64,000 nucleotides of DNA from a virus. Position numbers and translations under genes: made by a program. The notes beneath the pieces were generated by a model, which did no database searches, had not been told where the DNA came from, and was given only the letters and a program-made list of their open reading frames with translations. Location of the stretch: the IMG/VR virus record IMGVR_UViG_3300034031_000013, positions 11,858-75,857 of that record. One strand, written 5' to 3'. Shown one piece after another: positions 56,892 through 64,000 of the stretch (positions within the stretch are counted from its first letter, which is position 1; every line of letters starts with the position of its first letter).

Positions 56892-57218
56892 ATGGTTAAA
56901 GTTTTTGTCTCAAGCCCGTACACAATCGGGGACGTAGCAGTAAATGTCAAGGCACAGATAGATTGTGCCGACAAGCTAATGAACCTCGGCTTCGCCCCGT
57001 TCGCCCCTTTGTATTCCCATTTTCAGCACATGGTACACCCACGACCTTACATGGATTGGATAAAGATTGATTTAGAGTGGGTAAAGGTGTGTGACTGTGT
57101 ATTGAGGCTTCAAGGAGAGAGTAAAGGGGCGGATATGGAAACGGAATACGCCTTGTCTATCGGCAAAAAGGTATTCACAAGCATTTCAGAACTAATCAAA
57201 CATTATAAATCAGCATAA
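56892..57218 (+). CDS. Nucleoside 2-deoxyribosyltransferase-like (DUF1937/DUF4406-type) protein
   Basis: KVFVSSPYT...PFAP...CDCVLRLQGESKGADME. Confidence 0.75.
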   Translation: MVKVFVSSPYTIGDVAVNVKAQIDCADKLMNLGFAPFAPLYSHFQHMVHPRPYMDWIKIDLEWVKVCDCVLRLQGESKGADMETEYALSIGKKVFTSISELIKHYKSA

Positions 57219-57234
57219 ACTAAAACCCTAAATC

Positions 57235-60200
57235 ATGACACCATCAGAGCAAGCTATCGCAGACAAACGCAAAGCAATTATCAATTGGGAGATTAATAAT
57301 CATCCTGTAACAATTGACCGACGGGTATTTTCAAAAACGACCGACGAGAAAAAGGTTTTAAAGGTCAAAAAGAAGGAGTGGAAGAAGTCGCTTCCTATTG
57401 GATATAAGCCATATTAATTGTGAGGGCGTAAGCACTAGACTAGAAAATTAATCAACATGAAGCAAACCGTAACCCCACAAAAGGCACAGGATATATTCAG
57501 CAACGCACAGGCAATAAGCGTGTATGCCGAGCTTATTGACATCGAATACAATAAGAACCTAGTAGACTACAAGTTCAACGACCCTGCCCTTAACAATCAT
57601 AAAAGGCGTTTAAAGGAAGCCACAGAAGCATATCAGAAATATGCAGGACAATTTATACAGAGCAAGGATGTAGAATACTTCAAGTACGAACACTGTACCG
57701 CCCTTTCTGAGATAATTCAATACTTCCTATTCATGCCAATAGAAGGCATTAACGAGGCACTAGAACGAATAAATGAACTTAAAGCCTCGGTATCCGATGG
57801 AGCGGTATAACCTTAGCGACGGGCGCAAGTTCCCGATGGTTCACTTCTATGTATCGAGCAGAAATATCAACTGCTATACCAATGAGAGGCTTTTCAAAGG
57901 CGATACGTTGATCTACGACAAGCATGAATTAGAGATAACAAAGGTGTTTTGGGAGAAGATTTGCCCTGAATTTAGGGAGGAGTACCCCAATTTCAAGCTG
58001 TATTACGAATTAAAGTATAAGGTAAAATATCCAACGAATTAAGATTATGGAAGAAAATAAAGCAGCGCTCAATAATATTGAAGAACATTTATGGGAAATT
58101 ATTTTACGTGATATGGATTCCACGTTAGACATTTTAGGTGAGATCAAGCGTATCCAAGATAAATCCAAAAACTTCTTTTCGGAACTTATCGTCGTTAGGA
58201 TGAAAAAGAAATTCCATCAAGATAACCCGCGTCCCGACTTCTTACCAACCAACAACTTATAGCCATGAGAGAATTTTTTCAAACACTAGCAGAATACCCT
58301 TGGACTAGCTTTTGGGTAGCTTTGTTTATCCTAATCGCCTTGGAATATATCTGTAAAACAATAATCGCAATAATTAGAGGATGGAAATGAAAGAGCCACA
58401 ACTAACACACCTAGAGCAGTTCCACAAGCTATTTGGGATAGAGGGAAAGAAAACTAAGGGAAAGATAGAATACCGAGTACCGAACCTGGATGATGCGAGG
58501 GAGCTTGCTAATGTGATTATCGAGCGCAAGAAGTTCAATCTGAAAGTATCGGTGGAAGGCAACATGGCAAATCAACGGAGCTTCTACGTTAAACAAATAT
58601 AATTATGAAAATTATACTACCAGTATACTTCCAAACGGAAGAAACAGAATCATTGAAAGATTTAGGATTACCTGAACCTGACGTATCGGATTATGATGTC
58701 AGGGACGGAGTTTTCTACAACATAGACGCAATAGTTCCTTATGTGGACGCTCAAGACGTTGTACGGACAGAGGTATTTGCAGGGAGTCACAACTTTATCT
58801 GCCCTATGTCCCCTAAGGAAGTAGAGGCATTAATTGACGAGGCTATGTCGCCTTATAGAAAAGTATAACGATGGAAGAATCAGAACAAGAGCCACTATAC
58901 ATGGTAATCCCGGAATGGGAGGAAATAAAAAGGATATCAAACCTGCCGATATCTAAATGGAAAAGTTCAGAATCTGCGACTAGCCCTCGCCTAAAAGCCC
59001 TAGAACTAGCCTCTAAGCTACGATCTAACAATGGTGAGGCAATGACCTTAAAGGAGCTAACAGGCAAGGCAGAGGAGATATTAGAGTGGATAAATAAGTA
59101 AGATTATCCCGATATTGCATTTAATTAAATAATAACCACGAAACAATGAGCAGATATTTGATAATTGACACCGAAAGGATAAAAAACGGGGAATGCAAGG
59201 CGACTAATCCCGATGGGAATGAAATGTTAAATCTTGACAAAGCTATTCTCTCCCCCGAAGAAACAGAAGCAGTGTTTGAGAGGGTATATAACAAGGGGCA
59301 TGAGGTAGGATTTGGAGATATAGGAGATGCCAGTGAAGCTAGAGAAGCAGAGTTTATTGAACTTAAAAAGACTTTATAACCACGCCTGTAATCAAAAGAC
59401 CTAATAAATGAGTCTTATAGCTACACTAGAAGTAAGGTTTACGGCGATGATTGCCGTATAAAGGTTAGTTAAGTAAAGAACCGCCCAAGAGGGCTTAAAA
59501 GACAAATAGAAATGAACAAGAAGCGAGTAGATATTAAAGTCAACCACTTAATGAGTCCTTGGCGGCTACCTGAGAAGGATTTAAATCATCTAAAGACTCA
59601 ATTTACGACCTTAGTTGAGGCAATCGAGGGAAAAGACCAAGAGCTAGTTGAACTAACAGAGAAGTATGAGAGGCTGAAAGGGGCGTTTGAATCTCTAATC
59701 GTAGAGGCCGGTGATAGGAAACCCCACAAAAACGCTGATTTTGAAAACGTATTTATCAGCTATTGGCGAAACTTAGCAGGACTTTGAACAATAATCACAT
59801 GGAAGAAAACAAAATACCAGAAGCAAAAGAAGGGTCTATAGCACATAGCAATGGCTGTACCTATTACGTAGACAAGACCACAGGGAAAGCAGTTAAAATC
59901 AACCCTGACGGCACTAGAACAGAGTCGCCAATTAAGGAATATCCTAGTGTTAAACTGAGTGATGTAAGGAAGCCATGACCAAGAAATCAAGAGACAGAAG
60001 AGTAGCTAGGAGAGAAGAGCACCAAAGAGAGGCTAATGAGTTTATAGCCCACATGGAAAGAACTTGGGAGAAACACAAGTTGAAAATCCGCACCGCAGAA
60101 GAAATAAAAGCAACTAGAGTTTCCGCTTACGAATATCTAATACCATAGAACAATGACAGAAGAAATCAAACCTAACGATATTGTAGAACTGCTTAATTTC

Positions 60201-60320
60201 AATATGGATAATCGGGAAGGTTACTTTATGCAACAAATCGGGATGTTGCCAACCGTAGGGCACAAGTATTATGTGGAGACTATATACGTGTTAGACCACG
60301 GAGGGAAATTTACTGTTTAA
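57235..60320 (+). other. Operon of small hypothetical early genes (57235-57417, 57457-57810, 57797-58042, 58047-58262, 58381-58602, 58605-58868, 58871-59101, 59146-59379, 59512-59787, 59799-59978, 60153-60320)
   Basis: Tightly packed co-oriented ORFs with A-rich leaders; no function recognised. Confidence 0.6.
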
Positions 60321-60720
60321 TTTTTAGGCATTCAGATTTTATAAACTCAATGGTTTTTTTGGCCTCAATTGCCTTACTTGGAGACGTATTATAGCAATAA
60401 TACCTTGCGGTATGGCAGTCATCAAAAAGGTCTCTATAATGAGTTCTTATTTTCGGTACCTGGTCTGATACTAAGCGTTTTCTGATAGCGTGTTTGTTGG
60501 GGAATCCATTGTTAGAATAATCCTCGTAGTATTCATCGAAATCGGAGTATTCAATTTGTTTTAAAACGAGCGGAAAGACAGCGTATTCTACAAATTGAAC
60601 TGCGGAGTAGAATGCGGTAGTAATTACCCAGTCATTATATTTGCCTTCGGAAAGGAGTTTATTGCAAAGGTCAAAATTCCTAAGGGCGTGTTCCCTCTTC
60701 TTCTTTTGCTGCTCTGTCAT
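60310..60720 (-). CDS. HEPN-domain protein
   Basis: YNDWVITTAFYSAVQ...NKH...YRDLFDDCHTARY. Confidence 0.7.
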   Translation of the reverse strand: MTEQQKKKREHALRNFDLCNKLLSEGKYNDWVITTAFYSAVQFVEYAVFPLVLKQIEYSDFDEYYEDYSNNGFPNKHAIRKRLVSDQVPKIRTHYRDLFDDCHTARYYCYNTSPSKAIEAKKTIEFIKSECLKIKQ

Positions 60721-61177
60721 TATTCAAGAGTTGATGAGTGAAAATATAACCGTCTTTTTCTACTAATCTACCTTGAAAGTTTTCGTCAGATTTGATGATA
60801 GTAAAGTCAATATTATAATCTTCTGTATTGTTCTTGGCTTCCAAGTCATACAAAAAATCATACACTAATGAGATATTGTCTTTTAAATTACTGTCTTCTT
60901 TAACAACAACAGCTACTCTCAAATCTGAAATATGCGCTAATTTTAAACGAGCATCTAAAACATCGACGTGTTTTTCAGAAAGGAAATTTAAAAATTCTGT
61001 AGTATGTACGTATGAAAGGTCAAAGTTTCTCACCAACCGCTCTTGAAAATCGTTCTCCGCTTCCTCTTTCCCTTTTTGTTTTCCTAAATCAAAAATGGCT
61101 TTATCTCTTTTAGATACAAGACTTGCAGGAGTTACCCACTCGGTAGTGACTTGTTGAGATTGTATTGCAGTTTGCAT
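60680..61177 (-). CDS. Hypothetical partner of HEPN gene (possible degenerate nucleotidyltransferase fold)
   Basis: Overlaps the HEPN gene; SDLRVAVVV and NIDFTII strands. Confidence 0.45.
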   Translation of the reverse strand: MQTAIQSQQVTTEWVTPASLVSKRDKAIFDLGKQKGKEEAENDFQERLVRNFDLSYVHTTEFLNFLSEKHVDVLDARLKLAHISDLRVAVVVKEDSNLKDNISLVYDFLYDLEAKNNTEDYNIDFTIIKSDENFQGRLVEKDGYIFTHQLLNNDRAAKEEEGTRP

Positions 61178-61334
61178 AATAGGTTTTGTTTTTTACAACA
61201 GTATAGTAATGTAATATACTTTCATTCACCACCCCCTAAATCCCCCGCAAAGATAACTAATAATAGTTAATAAAAGTTTGCAAATATAAGGCGGTATTTA
61301 ATAGATAAAAATTGGTTTATAATTCTCCATAATA

Positions 61335-61544
61335 CTACAAAAAATCTTTCACATTCATACCTAGAACATCCGCAATACTCTTTAAGCTAAGAATGTGACA
61401 ATTGCGCATACCTCGTTCTAAGAACGATAGATTAGACATATCAATCTTAGTGAGTACAGCCATTTCGTTGATTGGTATCTTCTTCGCTTTACGGGCAGAC
61501 CTTATTTTCTGCCCCATTTGCAAAAGGAATTTATCGTTCTCCAT
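61335..61544 (-). CDS. XRE-family HTH regulator
   Basis: MGQKIRSARKAK...SNLSFLERGMRN...SIADVLGMNVKDFL. Confidence 0.9.
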   Translation of the reverse strand: MENDKFLLQMGQKIRSARKAKKIPINEMAVLTKIDMSNLSFLERGMRNCHILSLKSIADVLGMNVKDFL

Positions 61545-62470
61545 TATTTAGCTGTTAACCTTTTCCATTTCAAAGTTCCCTCACAATTAGCCAAAGCGTC
61601 TGCAAATCTTTCGTCTTGAAAGACTTTACGATGGTTGTATCTAAAAGCTGATTCATCGCAATAGCGTTGTAGGTGTTTTGCACTTACTGAATGATGTATA
61701 CCATTGATCTGCTTCTTAAGGATGTTCCAAAAACCCTCGATGCTGTTTGTATGCACCTTGATGTTTCCTTCACTTCTAACATATTCTTTCTCCCTGTGAT
61801 TTACCCTCTTATGAGTATAATCCAAGTGAAGTTTATTGTATGCGTTATGTTCGTCTGTTACCATAATACTATCAGTAGCAACAAACTCTTTTATGGTAGG
61901 GATAACGTTATGAGCATCGGTTTTAGATATAACTCTCGCTTTAACGTTTCCGCCTCTTTCAACCGCACCTAATACCATAGCTTTACCTCCTGCACCACCT
62001 CTTACAGTTCTTTTACTTGCATGTTTGTTTGATTCGGAGCCACCTACATAGGTTTCGTCAATCTCTACAATGCCGTCCAATAATTCGGGTGCAGTAACAG
62101 TCAACATTTCTCTAATCCTGTGATTTAAGTGCCATGCTGTTTTTTGAGTTACGCCCAACCATGTAGCTAACTGTAAACTGCTGATACCTTTACTGTGAAC
62201 AGCCAGTATATATGTAGCTAGGAACCACTTAGTCAAAGGGATTTTAGTGTTTTCGTAAATAGTACCCACCGTAACGCTGAACTTCTTTCTGCATTCTTTT
62301 TCACGGCATTTAAAAATCCTATTATTGGTTGAGAACCTCAAAACATTCGTAGAACCACAGCAAGGACATGCAGGAGTATTACCCCACCTTTGAGCTTCTA
62401 AATATTCTCTGCACTTTTCTTCTGTATTGAAGTGTGCTTGAAAGTCGAATATGTTTTTAAATGTTTTCAT
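61544..62470 (-). CDS. IS1595-family (ISXO2-like) transposase
   Basis: Zn ribbon CPCC...CREKEC; VEIDETYVGG; TDEHNAY; HTNSIEGFW; YCDESAFRYN. Confidence 0.95.
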   Translation of the reverse strand: MKTFKNIFDFQAHFNTEEKCREYLEAQRWGNTPACPCCGSTNVLRFSTNNRIFKCREKECRKKFSVTVGTIYENTKIPLTKWFLATYILAVHSKGISSLQLATWLGVTQKTAWHLNHRIREMLTVTAPELLDGIVEIDETYVGGSESNKHASKRTVRGGAGGKAMVLGAVERGGNVKARVISKTDAHNVIPTIKEFVATDSIMVTDEHNAYNKLHLDYTHKRVNHREKEYVRSEGNIKVHTNSIEGFWNILKKQINGIHHSVSAKHLQRYCDESAFRYNHRKVFQDERFADALANCEGTLKWKRLTAK

Positions 62471-62560
62471 TGCCGTATTTTCTTGTCATAGGTAAAGGTA
62501 GAAAATAAATTAGTACTTCCAAGTTTATTTTTCATAAATTTGCTACCATTAAGTAAGACA

Positions 62561-62947
62561 ATGGATTTGAGCGGTTATTATAAACTATACCCAACACAAA
62601 AATCTTGTATCGAATATCTGGAAAGGATTATATGGGATGACACACCAGTTTGCCCATATTGTAATACTGGCTATAATACACCTGTGCCTAATGAAAGAAG
62701 AAAACATTGTAACACTTGCAATACTTCATTCAGCGTAACAGTAAAAACCATGTTTCATAAGACCAAAGTTGATTTACAAAAATGGTTTTATGCCATAAAC
62801 TTAATAACCAACGAAAAACGTATTACCAGTCGAGGATTAGCGGAAGTATTAAATATAACCAAAGACACCGCTAACAAAATGATTAATGCTATAAAGAAAG
62901 AAGCTGTTTTAAATTCACATCTAATACAAAGACTGAATCATGGATAA
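62561..62947 (+). CDS. IS1595 transposase N-terminal-only protein (Zn ribbon + HTH, no DDE)
   Basis: CIEYLERIIW..PVCPYC..CNTC..FSVTVKTMFHKTK..LQKWF; coupled to P63C gene. Confidence 0.8.
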   Translation: MDLSGYYKLYPTQKSCIEYLERIIWDDTPVCPYCNTGYNTPVPNERRKHCNTCNTSFSVTVKTMFHKTKVDLQKWFYAINLITNEKRITSRGLAEVLNITKDTANKMINAIKKEAVLNSHLIQRLNHG

Positions 62948-63833
62948 ACTACTAAAAGCGACCCATGAAGGGAAATTAACTTTGGGTGCTGTAACATTGG
63001 AAGTTGCCGTCTTGGACGATGGAACGAGAATAATCTCCAGAAACGCTATTTTTAAGGCATTTGGCAGAACAAAAAGGGGGCGGGCTCTTAGCGAAACACG
63101 TGAGCCCAATATGCCATCATTTATAGATGCTAAGAACCTTCAACCATTTGTAGATGAGGAAGTTAGGGGCGGGCTCAAACGATTAGAATATATCGACATT
63201 CTTGGGAAGGCAACAACTGGCTACAATGCTTTAATATTACCCCTTCTTTGTAAGGTTTATCATGATGCGAGAGATGCAAAAGCCCTGAAGATTTCTCAGA
63301 TGCCGTTGGCTAGAGTAAGCGAAATATTGCTCTTTTCGTTATCGAAGATTGGCATCATTGCATTGATTGATGAGGTAACAGGCTATCAAGATGTACGGGT
63401 ACAGGATGCGCTTCAAAAGATACTTGAAAAAATATTACTTGATGAGGCTAAGAAATATGAAGTCACCTTTCCGTTAGATTTATACAAACAATGGTTTAGA
63501 TTAAATAGTTGGGATTGGAAGCCAGAAAACGCCCAAAAAAGGCCCGGGGTTATAGGCAATTGGACAAAAGACCTTATTTATAAACGAATGGCTCCCGGCT
63601 TACTACGTGAGCTCGAAATAAAAAACCCCAAAAATGCAAGGGGGCATAGAGAGCACAAGCATTTTCAATTTCTAACAGATGAGGTCGGTGAACCAAAGCT
63701 AAGAGAGTTCTTTGGTGGACACATTGCATTGGCTAAGGCTAGTTCAAATTGGAGGAAATATCAGGAAATGGTTAATAGAGTATATCCAAGATTTGGAGAT
63801 ACATTATCCTTAGACTTTCCTGATATGGAATAA
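62940..63833 (+). CDS. P63C domain protein
   Basis: VLDDGTRIIS, GIIALIDEVTGYQ, RPGVIGNWTKDLIYKRMAPG, KHFQFLT. Confidence 0.85.
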   Translation: MDKLLKATHEGKLTLGAVTLEVAVLDDGTRIISRNAIFKAFGRTKRGRALSETREPNMPSFIDAKNLQPFVDEEVRGGLKRLEYIDILGKATTGYNALILPLLCKVYHDARDAKALKISQMPLARVSEILLFSLSKIGIIALIDEVTGYQDVRVQDALQKILEKILLDEAKKYEVTFPLDLYKQWFRLNSWDWKPENAQKRPGVIGNWTKDLIYKRMAPGLLRELEIKNPKNARGHREHKHFQFLTDEVGEPKLREFFGGHIALAKASSNWRKYQEMVNRVYPRFGDTLSLDFPDME

Positions 63834-63835
63834 AC

Positions 63836-63980
63836 AATAAAAGGGGCTATAAACCCCTTAAAAATCGTCGTGACGGACGCAAGATTGCGGACTGCAAATA
63901 TATACAGTCCTAACCTCGGTAAACAGCCATCCCATGAGTGGTCTCTCATTAGGCGTAAGTGTTTATCGGGGCTTTCTTGT
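63836..63980. ncRNA. Candidate structured non-coding RNA
   Basis: Several stems bracketed by a - strand TATATTTG promoter (63985-63992) and a - strand terminator (63839-63859). Confidence 0.45.
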
Positions 63981-64000
63981 TAAACAAATATACGAAATTT

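Larger units (their letters stand above)
1..64000. mobile_element. Temperate Bacteroidota podovirus (crAss-like virion module), partial genome or prophage interior
   Basis: TerL, portal, MCP, tail, lysis, replication and integrase genes; no host genes; Bacteroidota TAnnTTTG promoters; no tape measure or sheath gene. Confidence 0.9.
60275..64000. mobile_element. IS1595-family element with passenger genes (second end not seen in window)
   Basis: DDE transposase plus cargo; candidate terminal sequence GGAGACTATATAC at 60275; abrupt strand switch and more AT-rich sequence. Confidence 0.6.

Noticed and set aside
63889-63910. Second terminal inverted repeat of the IS1595 element
   Set aside because: Only loosely similar to GGAGACTATATAC, is itself a hairpin, and no target duplication follows
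63761-63949. 62 aa - strand ORF
   Set aside because: Crosses a terminator and overlaps P63C antisense; the region is better explained as structured non-coding sequence
63935-63955. Hammerhead ribozyme (CTAATGA-stem on - strand)
   Set aside because: Core deviates from CUGANGA and no GAAA follows the stem
1-64000. Genome-wide stop codon reassignment
   Set aside because: Long genes are intact in code 11, and TGA/TAG serve as stops with normal gene coupling

Overview
The whole window is phage DNA with no recognisable host housekeeping gene. It is most of the genome of a temperate podovirus of Bacteroidota, inferred from pervasive TAnnTTTG -7 promoter boxes. Layout: (i) + strand early/recombination genes (1-3302) with a degenerate tRNA-like gene; (ii) a tyrosine integrase with an apparently intact attP-like region (3299-4912); (iii) a + strand operon of small mosaic genes (5646-10416) ending in a ~400 bp non-coding array of dissimilar inverted repeats; (iv) a long - strand late region (51588 down to 10877) in crAss-like order: GroES-like, TerS?, intein-containing TerL, portal, scaffold, MCP, ring/adaptor proteins, split tail-stabilisation protein, ejection proteins, tailspike/fibres, lysis, plus morons such as a lipoprotein + acyltransferase-3 cassette; (v) a - strand replication module (DUF1376 initiator with iterons, SF4 helicase, HTH, NinB-like); (vi) a divergent + strand operon that runs into an IS1595-family element carrying a HEPN gene pair, a truncated transposase, a P63C protein and a candidate ncRNA. 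Most notable sequence-level observations: the palindrome array at 10425-10832; nine late promoters with a fixed CGCC-AAAA-CGCC-N13-TAnnTTT(G/A) architecture, two of them embedded inside terminator hairpins; crAss-like virion genes combined with an integrase and no virion RNA polymerase; and a UCA-anticodon tRNA-like element. All family assignments come from motif recognition, not database searches.
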